Below, piece after piece: positions 46,654 through 59,975 of a stretch of 64,000 nt of DNA (position 1 is the stretch's first letter; every line of letters begins with the position of its first letter). The notes below the pieces were generated by a model, which ran no database searches, was not told where the DNA came from, and saw only the letters and a list, made by a program, of their open reading frames with translations. The translations under genes and the position numbers were made by a program. This stretch comes from Craspedostauros australis (taxonomy: Eukaryota), in assembly GCA_030167865.1 (NCBI GenBank), contig JALAGF010001026.1, forward strand, positions 1 through 64,000. Reading direction: 5' to 3'.

Positions 46654-49600
46654 CTATGCCGCGCCCTCTTGCGGATGAAAGTCCAGCTCGTGCAACTTGG
46701 GGAATCGAAGGGTGATGCTTGCCTCTTCGACGGGGTTCAGAGAGTTTTGCTTCAGCACGATGCGTTCCAACTCTTGGCATCTGTAGATGGCGTCCGGGAC
46801 AGTCTCCAATCGGTTGCTCTCAAGCAACAGCTCGCGCAGCGACGTTGGAAACGAGACCGATTGCATCCCCTGGAGTTGATTCTCAGATGCATCCAAGTGC
46901 CGCAGACGCGTCAGCTTTGCGATGGACCCCGGCAATTGTTTCAGCCCGCATCCTCTGAGCGACAGCGTCTGGGACAGAGACGAAAACGAATATTGTGTTG
47001 GGGAAAAGAGTTGAATACAATACAATGAAGTATCGGATTCGTGGCGTAACATGGAGAAGGGATAGAGCAAGACGAGACAAGAAGAAACTGGTGTGGTAGA
47101 ACGCAGTGTCAAACGATACACAGCAGATCCATTCCAAGATATTACATACTCGTGGAAGAGGAGCATTTGTCCTCGTCCGTGAGAAAGCGCATCACCCGTT
47201 GCATCAACTTACCTCCAGATGGGGCACGCACTCGCCGAATGTGTTGGGCAGACACTGCAGAGCACATCGCTCAAGTCGCAAACTCTTCAACGATTCACCG
47301 CACAGCAACAGACTGCAAGGGAAAGTGGACACCACCGTATGCACCTTATCGTTGGTTGAAGATGTTGCGGACGTGGTCAAGCGGAGGCCAGAGAGCTGGA
47401 TGGATACGCTGCTTCGATTGTCCCTGCTTCTGTTGCCTGTGGCGGCTGTGGTGCGTGTGTTGCAACCATTCTGTGTGGATGGCAGATAATAGATGCATCG
47501 TCTCATCGAGCTCATGGATGCTTCAATTTCGTTTGTGGAAGCCGATGCTGTCGGATTGGCAGGGTCGGACCAAATGTACTTCGAGAGTTGACCATCGCCT
47601 TGCATCGAAATTCGACACGGGAAGATCGCATGCTCAAACACCTTTGCAGCAAGGCGCGGCATCCAGGATGATTCTGATGCGGTGTCTTCGGAGTGAGCGT
47701 CTCCCGTCCGTGGCGGCAGCAATGCCATGTGCAGTTGGCAGTACTGTGACCAAAGAAACTCGGAGCAGCAGGCGGACCGCGCGTGTCCCGAAAGGATCTC
47801 GTTCTCGATTCGTCGGTGCGCTGCTGCGTAGCTTCGTAGATAGACAGAGAACGACACGCATGCAGCGTAGATGGGAGTGATCAGAAGGTCCAGCATTGCA
47901 TCGCCAGCGTCAACATCATCGCTGGCGTTCCCTGCCCGTGCCAATCGCATCAACGAACATGTAGCGAACGTGATGGATGAATCAAGCGATTGCAACGCCG
48001 CTGTCATGGATTCTTGCCTTGCTGGGTCTGGAAACAGACGTAGCGATTCGGCGATTCGTTGCTGCAACCTTGTGATCAGTATTCCCATGATCACAGTTGA
48101 GTGCAGGCGTAGATACGCCGTATCTTTATGCGCAGCTTTTGTCTCCACATTCACTCTTTGCGAAAGGAACGACATGCACGCGTCCAGGTTGCTGTCCACG
48201 AAGTTGCAAAGTGCGTGGATTTCGCTGTTGTTGTCTTGGCTACTGCTCGCGTCGCCATAATCCTCTGCACCAGAGTCCATCATGTTTATCGAAATTGCCC
48301 ATCCGATGCTCTTGCAAAGAGCCCTTGCTTTGTCGAGGTCGCTCGAACCATTGGATGCACCCATCGTGTCTATCTTCAGGCGATTTACTTCGGATACGAA
48401 TCTTTCAAAGAAGGTTGCTTTGTGGTTCTCTCCCACCGGAGCGTTGACACTGGCATCCTCGTCGGATTGTCTTTCTTCCACCATCTGACAGCCTCTCTGC
48501 AACCATATCCAAGTGCTTTCATCACCCCGGCTGTTGCCAGCTGCGTCCATTTCATCAGATGCCAACGTGTCGGATGACAGGAAGTGCGAAAGGATCGCAA
48601 GCTGCGTCTGGCATGAGAAGATCTGGTAGGGAACGGGGACCTTCGAGTGTGACCAAGTTCCGCCGCTGGATATGCTTGAGATCACCGTATGCATGATTGG
48701 CAGAACTGTGTCCATCGCAGCTGATGTTTCATCCTGCTCCAAAAAGTAGGAACTGATGGAAGTGATCAAAGTTGATGCGATGTGAAATGCTCCGGAATGA
48801 AGGCAAATCATGACACAATCTACGCATCTCTTGAGCAAGCAGAGGGCGTTGCGTGCGTTGAGTTGGACAGGAACCTGAAGCGTCAGTTGTTGTTTTGATT
48901 CGATCGTGGTAGAGATCTCGATGCCGCAGATTTGAAGCATCAGCTCAGTCGTTGTGGTTTGATTCGATCGAGGAGACTGCGGCGGAGGGGCTGAGTAGTG
49001 CAGTTCTGCTTCCCTCTTCTCGACGATGCCTCGGCTATCACCTCGCGCATGCGGATCCTGATCTTCTCCTCGGGCTTTGCGAATGATGCTCACATCATCT
49101 TCTGTCTGAGCCTGCAATCGGCGATTCCACGACTCCTCAAGCGACAACTCTATGGGGACTGTCTCGGCGCCTTCTGGTACCCGTGGCAAGTCAATGTAAT
49201 CGTCTTCGTCTACGAACTCATTGCCATTCCCTTCGTGAATATCATTTGTGGCTGATTGCTCGTCGTGGTCTATCACTATCGTTGTTGTTGTTGCTGCTGC
49301 TGCTGTCGTTGATAAAGCTACACCCGGTTGCCATGGTGGCGGATCTTCACTTGCATCGTTTGTCCGCCGCCGCTTCGCAACGTGATTTTTGGTATCTACC
49401 GTCGTCGTCGTTGCTGCGGTTGCTGCTGCCGGTGCTGTTGCTATTGTTGCGGAGGGCGATGACATGGATGAAGCGTTTCGCTTGAGCCCAATCAATCTTG
49501 TCGCAGGCAATGGCAGGACTTCTGGGATGACGGTCACGCGGTCCTTGTTGAAATGCTGATAGGGACACAGTTTGTCTGCGCAGAATCCATCCAGCTCGTA

Positions 49601-50868
49601 CGGGCACATGGCAGCATTTGGATCCATCCGGTTGCTGCGAATCTGTTCCACGCTTTGTGTGTGCTGATCCTTACTCTTGACACCATGTAGATGAAGAAAG
49701 TCGAGGCAAGTTTTCCACATCAAGGAGCGGCGTGGATGAACTGTGCTTTCACCTTCGTTGAGGTTCTTGGTGTGCAACATGGCTTTGTCGATCGCTGAAG
49801 CTTCTCTGGTGGATATCTGCAAGACTCGTTCCAGCAATTCCTTGGTGTTGATGGACGAGACTAGATGCAATGAATCGGCTGCGTCTGTGGATGCATCGTA
49901 AACGGGACGAATCTCGCAGTCCAAATTATAGAAGAATAGGGATTCATCCTCTGCTGGATTGTCAGCGGAGGTTGCGAACAATTCCTCATCAATGGAATCC
50001 GCTGATAGATCACCATCACGGCTTGAACCCACGAACAGGCATTCGTCGTCATCGTCGTCATCATCGTCGTCATCAATGACTATGATTTCCCTCTCCTCAT
50101 TGCTTGTCTTCGACACCATCAATGACGAATCTCCTGCAGCGTCGACCGTTTGATCAATCTCGGCGTCGTTGCCTCCGTCAGCATCGTCATGACGGCGTAG
50201 CAACCTTTGCAACTTGGTGTGGCTTTTTCGAAGAGTCTCTCTCAGCTTCTTCTGCAGCTTGACATTTCGCCTTCGGCTGTACTCGAGCACTTTCTTCCGT
50301 GCCTGTAGCTGGATGTGCGCTGCCTTCAGCAGTTGCTTTCGAGATCTGTTGGTACGAAGCGCCATGAACAGGAGCGGATACATATTGGAACACAAGGAAT
50401 GAAAGAAGCATCGTAGCGCGTGGAATGAGATCAAGATTGGTTCGTCTCAAAGACGATGACGGCGTGCATTTGATGCCATGAGAGGTCATACATTTCTCGT
50501 CCTCTTGCTTCGATTCTGGTTACTGTCTCCGCAGGAACTTACTTGGACTGTCTGATTTCGCGTTCCAGCTCCATCTTCCGCTTCTCCAGCATGCTCAAAC
50601 CAGATTCATGAAAACCGACCTCTTCTCCAAGCTGTGCTGCCACCAACCGACGGTCAACTTCGTGACCCGATGAACTCATCGCCTCCTCTACCTCCATCTC
50701 TACCTCCACCTGATCTTGTTGTTGTTCTTGATCCTTCATCGCTTCCATGTGCTCTTTCACATCCACTTGCATCTCCCCTTCATCTTCTTCACAGGGTGCA
50801 AGAGGGGATTCGGGCTCCGCCAGCGGATCCGTCGTCCGCCGCGAATCGTTGGAGCTGTTACGATCCAT
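46654..50868 (-). CDS. Large protein with coiled coil, ZFC3H1/Red1-type C3H1 zinc finger and C-terminal leucine-rich repeats; exons 50868-50543, 50345-47213, 46968-46654
   Basis: Finger DPNAAMCPYELDGFCADKLCPYQHF. LRRs LKSLRLERCALQCLP, LSLRGCGLKQLPGSI, LRHLDASENQL, LRELLLESNRLETVP. Both GTAAGT...CAG introns keep the frame. Confidence 0.75.
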
Positions 50869-52110
50869 CCTAAAGACAGCGATCAGGTGAATGTCGCCAG
50901 TTGATACGCTTCAAGTCGCTGCAGGCAATCGAGCAAGACGCAACAAAGCAACGTGAAGATGAGAATTCGGCGAAAAATTGCACAGCGAAACCCCGTAATG
51001 CTCTCTTGCTCTCGCAGGCCTGATCTCGTCGACACCTCCAACCACTCGATACAGTATAGCAAGCCAACGTCTTGCTGCAAAAACAATCTCCAACTCGCAC
51101 ACTCTTTGCACTGGCAATCAATCTGTCCTCTCTGTGTGGCTTGGTGCTCTTCTTCGTGTGATTGTTGTCTGTGTTTCTTGGTGGGACATGGCGGCAACTG
51201 ACGCCTGTTCGGAACAAGGAAGAACGGCGCTTTCGCCATCGTCGATGTTTTAATCGAACGAGTCGTACTCACTGAAATCAGAGAAGACTGACGAATGTGT
51301 CCACGCCACCAGCACACGTAGAGCACTGTGCATTGCGCACAAGACCACCAAACACCTCCACGCTATCAATCTCAACGACACAAACCAAAGCAAGTGACTG
51401 CCATCTCCAGATCCTTATCCCCGTCCGAAGTTGCATAGAATTCATCGAGAGAAGAATACTTCGAGCGTATGCGTTTGCATCTAGAGAGAGTACACAGTGG
51501 AGAATCGTTTCATTGAGACGGAGTGCTGCATGGCTGTCGCATTCAATTTGTTCCTTTTCAAATTTTACATTTGCTTGTACCAACAAGTGATCCATAGTGA
51601 AATCAGACTGAGATGGGATGTCCACATTCGGCTTCGTTTGCTCTTCTTCGTGCTTTCGCGTTTGTGCAAATCGTGGAAAAGGAGCAAGGAGAGAAGAAGG
51701 CCATGAGAAGAAAGAATGCCGTGCCAGCAGCACCACTTCTCGAGAGAGAGAGAGAAGCATCTAGCCTTGGTCTCTGCAATGACCATGGCTGCTGTGTGGG
51801 TAGATGCACGCCTTCACGTGCGCCGCTCGTTCTCTCCAGGTTTCGTTTCCCTCTCTCCATTCCGTTGAGCTTCTTCTTGGTATCTCGCCATCTGTTTGTG
51901 GCTGACCCAGTCGACGACGCAAAGGAGAGAGGAGCTGTCAGCCACCATCCACAGCCTTGGTATGGAGCTGCCGATGATCGCCAAAAGCGTGGGCCAATCG
52001 TGCGCAGATGCATGAAGCCAGTAACCGCTTCCTCTCCTCTGCATCCCGAATTCTCGGTGCTCTGCACCAATACGCAATGCACCGGCAGAGTTGTGTTTGC
52101 TTCACGCCAT

Positions 52111-52578
52111 TCACGAGTCCGCGAACATGCCCGGTGGCTGCTCTTCTGCCAACTCCAGATATTCCTCCTCCTCCACCAACGATGTCACTACATCATTCCA
52201 TTCCTTGACGTCCGGTTCCACCGTCGCCAACACGCTGTCCTCGTCCACAATCGTGTCGGAAAGAGCTGACCCGTGCCAATGACCACCGAAGGGAACGGCG
52301 ATGCTCGTGGTGCCTGTGAACGTATCCCAAACGGTGTGATACAGCTCATCCGCCGCTGTGATTTTGGATCCCTCCCAATCGATTCGCACGATCTCGTCTC
52401 CCGCGACGAAGGGACGGCTGTGGCACCTGACGTTGGTGATGTCCCCGACATCGTCGAATCCTCGTTCCGTCAGTCCAACCTCAACAACCCGTTGCGCACT
52501 TGGATTGCGGCGGAACCAAAGGTGCTTGGTGGGGTGAAAGAGCTTTCGGACCTTGGGGAGCGCTGCGGTTGATGCCAT
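52111..52578 (-). CDS. Glycine-cleavage H-protein-like protein (divergent)
   Basis: FHPTKHLW...VEVGLTERGFDDVGDITNV...GDEIVRI...SIAVPFGG...LVEEEEY parallels the GcvH sequence pattern, but the canonical ESVK lipoyl motif is absent. Confidence 0.6.
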   Translation of the reverse strand: MASTAALPKVRKLFHPTKHLWFRRNPSAQRVVEVGLTERGFDDVGDITNVRCHSRPFVAGDEIVRIDWEGSKITAADELYHTVWDTFTGTTSIAVPFGGHWHGSALSDTIVDEDSVLATVEPDVKEWNDVVTSLVEEEEYLELAEEQPPGMFADS

Positions 52579-53064
52579 CGCTGATGATACCAATGTTGCT
52601 ATTGGTCGTATTGTTATGACCTTGTGATGGTCGTGGCTCACCTCGCGAAAGAAAATCCAAGTTTTGTGCTCCTCAGTTTGATGGAATGACGTCACAAGGG
52701 AGACGGAGAATCAACATCTCAGAATGACGGAACAGCTCAGAGCGCCAACCTCCTCTTGATTGAGGAGTACATGCTACGACCCACTCTGCACTTTGGCAAG
52801 TCTACCGGGTCGATAGATGCACGTACGATTACTCGATGACTCCACCTCTTTCTGTGCAGCGTATCAGCAAGAAAAACGATGTCTGAAAGTTCGCACACTT
52901 CGCCTTGTGAGAGGTCTTGTATTCGCCAGTTGTTGGTAACATTCTGGTTTTAGCACGCAGCACTCTACTACCCACCTCACATGCGTCGAGTGCTTCTCGT
53001 TCGATGTTAGCGCCCAGTTTATCGGAGCAAAAGGAAAATCCCCAGATCCCCACCCAGGGTTCCT

Positions 53065-56000
53065 CTACATCTCTTTCAGCATGAACAATGGGTCGCTTTG
53101 GTCTTCGTTCGGTTGCTGATGATGCGACTTGCGTTGTTGTTGCTGCTGCTGCTGCTGCTGTGGTTGTTGCTGTTGCTGTTGCTGTTGCTGTGGATCGCGT
53201 CGCATGCCCATGGTATTCTGCATGTTCATTCCGCCTGTATTCACATTCCCACCACCCATGGATCCTGGTTGGTTCATCATTCGACCGGGGATGGCAAGAG
53301 GTTGTTGTGAGAATCCTTGCTGCTGAAGCGGTGCGAAGAATTGCTGGATCTGCTGCATTGTTTGCGGAGACTGCGTGTACGGCATTTGATGGCGCGGTGG
53401 CGACCCCGGTTGCATCATCCGCATTTGAGACATTTGCTGCTGGTGTTGCTGCTGCTGCGAACGTTGTGACATCTGCTGCTGCTGCTGCTGGTTGTTTTGG
53501 TACTGTTGCTGTTGTTGCTGTTGCTGCTGCTGTTGTTGAGCCAGCTGTTGCTGAGTCTGTCCACGGCTCGAATGCTGCATCTGTTGTGCGCGCTGCTGCT
53601 GTCGCTGCTGCTGTTGCTTCTTCTGCTGCTGCGCCATCATTTGCTGTTGTAATGCCGCGCGCTGCTGCTGAAGGCTGGCAGCGGCGTGGTTCTGGTTCAT
53701 GTTGGGCATAGGCGCTTTCATGTATGGAGAGTACTGCGACTGGTGCTGACGTTGGTGCTGGCGCTGACGCTGCGAATGCTGACGTGCTGGTTGGCTGTGT
53801 TGCGACTGTTGCCGGTGTTGATGCTGCTGCTTTTGCTTCTGCATGTCCATTCTCGCGGTAGTTTGCGGCGCTCCATAAACAGGCTTTTGCGGAGTCTTCG
53901 CCATTGTCGTTTTGCTCATCTGCGGATGCTTGCTGTGCGACTGGCTGGTTGTTTGCTTCATGCTCGATGTAGGCGCTGCTGCCTTGGGCTCGACCTTCCG
54001 CTTCCTTTGCGCAGGTCGGCTGGATGCGGCATCCTGCCGACTTGACACCGATCGTTTTCTGTCAGTTCGGCTCGATGTGACGGGCTTCTTGGCAGTGGCT
54101 GTACCAGTCTTGATGGTTGTTGCCGAATGATGCGAGGTCTGGCTTGAAGCTGATGATGCGTGCGTCGTGGAGTCCTTTGAAGTGATTGACCTTGATCGAG
54201 ATGCTGTCACGGGCTTTGCCTTCCTCACAGCAAAGTTGTACCCAACGGCGATAGCAAAAGGGTCCACCCTCAGTGGATCTCCGATATCTGGTGCTTCTGC
54301 GCGTGCCATTTCGTTGCGCCACAGTACATCGCATTGCATTGCATTGTGTTGGATGAAGGTGGTGGAACACAAGAAACAGACAAGAAACGTTGTTTGAGAA
54401 TGAATTGCAAGCCACACGAGTACACACCCGAACACCCACACCCACACGTGCACACACCAGTATACACGCCCTTGTACGATGCGCATCATGGCCATGTACC
54501 ATACTTTATTCAACAACACCGGCAAGTTTCAGTCCACTTACGATCCATTGGCACAACGGCGACCGACGGGTTGGATTCCGCAATGCTGGTTGCAATCCCA
54601 AAAGAAGAGAGAGGGAACGACAGCGATTTGAGATGCGTAGCCTTCGTCAACGACGCTGCTTGTCGCCCTGGAGCCGAGCAGATTTCGGACAAATTCTTCT
54701 CAAAGACTGGGAAGGATGGAACGCATGGCAGGATTGTTTCGGTGGATTCCTTCGACGGAACAGAAAGGTCCACATGCCAGCCTGGGTGGGAGTCGATGAA
54801 TGGTGGACAACGATTTGCGACGGTTTGAAGATTGAGTATCAACTGTGAGTATGCGGATGCTGCAGCAACACAAGTGTCGTGGGCGATACTGTTCTGTGCG
54901 CTGAGATCGTAATGACATCATGCAGTCTTCCGTCAAGCGTACGATAGAGACACCATCACCATCACCGTCACAATTACAATCACCATCGCAAGCACATGCT
55001 TATGTACACATGCGAATGCATTCGAGTGAGGGTATGGCAGTACTTACCTGGTTCGCTCCACGGTTCGATCCCACTGCCCGAGGCCGACGGGACAGGTACG
55101 CAGGACGACGCCCCGTCCATATTATCTGGGTGCATGGCGACCAACAGCTTTTGTTCTGCCTTTTGCAGTTCGCTCCTCATTTGGCTATTTGTGCGTTTGA
55201 CACTCGATGAGGATCTGATTTTCTCCGATACCGTCGTTTTCATTTCATGCACCAAAGTCTCCAACGATGGCCGCAGCACGATGAGCAATCGACGGCGGTG
55301 CAGCTTGTGCCACAGGCTCTTGCGCAGCGATCCTGGAATTCCCGGCAAGGCCTGGACCCATGTCGTGCTGGCATGCGTGCTGCGCATGTGATTCCATTGA
55401 TCACGGCGTTTGTTGGCGGTGCGTTCCAGCGACGCAATGAAATCGGAAATACGAACCGACGCACGTTCCGTCTCAATAGTTTCGGACGTTCTGGCCTCGT
55501 ACACGGCATTTACTCTCGATCCGGCCGCCATCTTTTTGCGTTTCAATACGGAAGAGGAGACGATGGCAGCCTTTTGAGCTTGCTTGACCACCGCCTGGTA
55601 CTTCTGAACCTGTGCCTTGGTATCGGCCAGCAGCTTCTTGCAGTCTCGTTCTCGCTTGCCCGCCTTTTCGATGTTGTCCTTGTATCCCTTGAGCATCTTC
55701 AGCAACTTCTGGGTATCCGTTGGATTGTTGGTGCTGAGAGGGTTTCCGTCTGGTCATGGGAATAAAGTGTGTGTGTGTGAGCGTGGGTAAGGGTGAGTCA
55801 AAGTTGGGAAGCATAGGTGCAGCGACCACAAAAAGATGAAGCGTGCGCAAAGATTTCCCATACCTAGAAAGTTCAGAACGCAAGACAGGCAAACAGGCAA
55901 ACACGGGAGGAGGCGCGCAAGTAAATGGACATCACGGACGGCGACAGTGTGCATTGTCATCACTCACCAGCTCCAAAGTACTGCGAGAACTTGGTGCGGA

Positions 56001-58353
56001 ATTGATGCAAGTGCGATTTGGTCTTTTCGACGATCTTGATGGATTCCTCCGATTTCATCAACGACGCCTTGTAGGCGTTCTCGGCATGCGACAAGCTCTT
56101 TTCCGCGTTGGTCAAGAGCTTGGTCAGATCTGCGTTCTTCTTTTCGGCCTCCGCCATCTGGGCCTGTTCGTGTTCCCGGACAGCCTCGGATCGTTGCTTG
56201 GAGGCCGTGAGTTGGCCGGTGCGTAGATCGGTCATGACGCATCGCAAGTGGCCAGCATAGGATGTGGTGACGTCGCCGAAATCGAACTTCTTGTTGACGA
56301 CGTCGGGTATTTCGCCGCATACGATGGCCTCGAGGGCTTCACGGGCTGTGATGCCCCATTCTAGGAAGGTGCGTTGTTCGGAGGACGAATTCTTGCTGCT
56401 GCTGTCCTTGTCGCTGTCGCTTTTGGATTTGCGTTGGCTGTCGTGATCGCTGGACTTGTCGGAGATGGTGGACATCCAGATGCCCTCGTTGTGTATTTCG
56501 ACGGAGAGCTGTCGGTTGATCTGCGTCATGACATTTTTGCGGTGCTTGTGGCGTGCCGCCGATCCAGCTCGTTCATACGGTGACTCTTCAAGCCACTGTG
56601 GCTCGGTCTTCAACGGGAGGGGTGGGCGTAGCGCGGCTTTGTCCTTCTCCTTGTTTTGTTCGCCATGTGCTGTCGTCGATGACGTCGTCGACGATGAAGA
56701 AGTGGGCGTTGGTGCAGGCTTTGTGCCTGGTAGCTTTGATCCTGACGGTGTTGCAACATCAGTCGTTGATGTCGCAGTTGTTGCATCTGCTGCCCGGTGG
56801 TCGCTTTCTTCGGATGCCGGAGAATTCTCTTGAATGAGCCTCTTGAGGTTCTTACGGATCTTCTCCGTCTTATCGAGATGCCATCGGATGTACCGCTGGC
56901 TGAGCTGCTGATAGCCCGTCTGCCGGCGATGCTTGGTGCTGATGCGACTGGCCTCTGCGTCCCGCAGCTTCTTTTCGCATTGCTTGCGCAAGCGCTCCTG
57001 CGTGGTCTTGTAGTCATTCTCGCTGCGTTTCTTGAGCTCCTCGCTGCGGGCAGCGAACTCCTGCGCCTGCTGCTGTTGCTTGAGGCGGATACGACGCAGG
57101 CGCTGCTCCCATTCAGCGCTGGCCATCTGTTCGGTGAGACGGCGCTTGCGGGCCTGCTCGCGATGCAGCTGGAGCTGCTTTTGCGCCTCTTGGCTTTGGC
57201 GCTTTCGAAGGATCTGGATGGAGGAATTGATCTTGCTCTGGTTGCTGGCGACCTTGTCCTTGTAGTGCTGCAGGAGGGTGGCCTGGTCCTTCTTCTCTTC
57301 CGCGATGGTCTTCATCTTGTACATGTCGATGTTGCGGTCTGTGCTGATCTGGTGTTCCTTGCGCTGCTCGGCGATGAGCTGCTCGATGAGTTTGGTCCCC
57401 GCAACGCAATCCTTCTCGAGCTGCTGGAGCTTGGCCTCGTACGATTTCTTGCGCTGCGCCTTCTGAAACTCCAAGTGCGACGGATCCTGATCTTCGTGTG
57501 GTCTGTCGAAGAAGGCCAGGGAGGATTGGATCTCATCCTCCAGGCTTGGCACGTCACCAACCATGTTATCCGCCAGATCGGGCAGCAGCAATCGGCACCG
57601 TTGGTTCGGCTTCCGTGGAGGTTGAGGTTGGGATTGCGAGTTCTTGGTGCTGTCGCCCTTGTCCTTGCTCTCGCTGGGCACCGTCAACTTGATCTTGATT
57701 TTGGATGCGGCCTTCCTCTTTGCTTTTGCTTTCGCTTTCTTCTTGAGTTGCTTCATCTTTTTGGACTTCTTCAAAATGAACGCGTTGAAGTCGGTATCAT
57801 CATCGTCGTCACGATCAGCATGTTTCTCCATGGCATTATCCTCCTTGCTCGTACTCTCGCTCTTGTCCTTCTCGTAGTTGTGGCCACTGATGGCAGTGGT
57901 GTTGCCCGCAGCAGCAGTCGCAATGTGCTGAGCCTCCGGATTGTCGCTATCCGTGTCCTGTCGGTCTGCTTTGCTTGCCGAGCTGCCGCCTTGCGCATCG
58001 GGTGCGGGTCGATCTACCGCATGATCGCTATCCGTGAGATCGACGACGTGGTCATTGGCATTGATCTGCTTGTGGGCGCCGTTGTTGGTGTCACCTGCGG
58101 AGACGTTGGAGTTTGCCATACTCGCATCAGAGGCCTTCTTCCACGCGTCCGCAACAACGATTTCTGCCTCCTCAGATTTGTTCGTCGCCCCAACCACCTC
58201 AACGGGCTTGGCATCATCTTTGACAGCGCTCCCTTCCACGCCATCGACGTCCATCGCGTCGATCACAACGACGGAATCGTCATCCTTCGATGCCGGTGCA
58301 TCTCCTTCGGATGCGGGCGCCATCTTGCCGTCCTTGATGTGCAAGGATGGCAT
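53065..58353 (-). CDS. Large hypothetical coiled-coil protein with Q/M-rich C-terminus, about 1519 aa; exons 58353-55968, 55749-55048, 54781-54542, 54296-53065
   Basis: Four ORF-track fragments join through three phase-1 GT-AG introns into a single 4560-nt frame. Has a KKKAKAKAKRK NLS-like stretch and a polyQ tail. Confidence 0.7.
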
Positions 58354-58804
58354 GGTGGAGTATGTGCTCGACAAGCCAACAGTGTGTCTGCTCCACGAGT
58401 ACGCGCGATCTACGCGTGCTGTCGCTGCGTCGACATGAGTTTCGCGTTGTTTTTGGTGTCTCGTCTCATGCGATCGGCTAAGCTCGTGATTGATGCCAGA
58501 ATTGAATCGCGAGCGAACGATTTGACACGTTCGACTTTCAAAGGTATCTTTGTGTGATTGCTTTTCGCGCCCACTTTTGTTGTTTTTCTTGGTTGCACAT
58601 TTGCTTGCTTGCTTTCTTGCTTGCTGTCTTGCTTGTGCTGTGACAACGGTTGTGGATGTTCGAGGTGCGATACCATGATCACATCTGAACGCGCTGCATT
58701 GTATTGCGTGCAACAGCTCAAGCGAAGTCTTCATTTCTTCGCCGCACTTGCATTGACCACACCTCCGACCTTCATTTGGCACAAGAAACACGCGCGAACA
58801 GAGC

Positions 58805-59975
58805 ATGACGACTCCCCAACGGCCTGTGCTGTCCCTGCTGGAGAAGTACTCCTCGTTGCATGAAGGCATCACTCGGACGCGGCAAGCAACGAACGAAGTC
58901 CGACTGCAGACGGAGGCTGCGAACTGCGCCATGCAACGCCTGCGCGAGGAGCATGCTCGTTGCGAATCGCAAGCCAAGACGAACGACCAGCAACGGCACG
59001 CATCGCAAGAACAGACGGCGGCAACGCAAGGGCAGCTCCATGCCTTGCAACAGCAGCAGGCGGCGCTGCAGGAGGAACATCAGACTCTGCAATCACAGCG
59101 CGATCGATTTTGGCAGCACGTGCGGCAACATCGGCGCGACTTTCTGCAGGCCTCGCAATCCTTCCGCGGTCGCTGTCGACGATTGCAGTTGCGTGCCGAG
59201 GTTGCGGGCATGCAAGGAAGCTCTGCCGCGCTCGTGGCGTATCGTCGCGCCCACGAGGCTGCGACGACAGAGCATATACCCCCAACGGCGACGGAGCGGC
59301 AGCTGCAAGAATCGATTGCGGAAGCCACGCGACGCCGCGATGCAGCAGCCGCAACCACTACTCTCCACGACGATGTCACCGAGCTGCATCAGCGCATGCA
59401 GCAGCAGATGCAGCGCAAGCAGGAGCGCAAACGACAATTGCAACGGCAGTTGCATCGTATTCGGCAGGATGTGTCCGAAATCCAGCAGCAGATCGCCGCC
59501 GTGCAGCACCAAACGAACGATGCCAAGAATCGGGTCCTCGACGTGAAGAAAGGTGAGATTCACTGTGCGGGGTTTTGGAGGATGCTTGCTGTACTCCAAT
59601 CTACGAGCCGCGCTGCAAGTGCTCCGCAATCGCGACTGACACATGCTTGTTTCTGGTACTAATATTCACTCTTCTTCCTCGTATGCAGCAGCAGCAGCAG
59701 AACGACAACGTAACAAAGCGCAGAAGAAGCGAAATACCATTGTGAATCCGTACCACGCATCCAAGACGAGGAAGGCGAAGGTTGCGGTGCAACAATCGGT
59801 GGCACCGGATGAAACTCTATCCTCGCCACCGGTGCCCCGACGACTTCCGCGCCCGAGGGTGGACAAAGTTCGGTCATCTCGCCGATTTGGGTGGGACGCG
59901 CATGGCGTCAACGATCCCATTGTGGACAGCGACGATGAAGATGGGTTGCTGTCATTTGTTGGGTTGGGTCGTTGA
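58805..59975 (+). CDS. Hypothetical coiled-coil protein; exons 58805-59552 and about 59689-59975
   Basis: Q/R/E-rich heptads. The donor G|GTGAGA and acceptor TATGCAG join in frame to AAAAERQRNK. Confidence 0.6.

Noticed and set aside
51200-52100. Short ORFs between the zinc-finger gene and the GcvH-like gene
   Set aside because: No motifs, codon bias or convincing splice structure.
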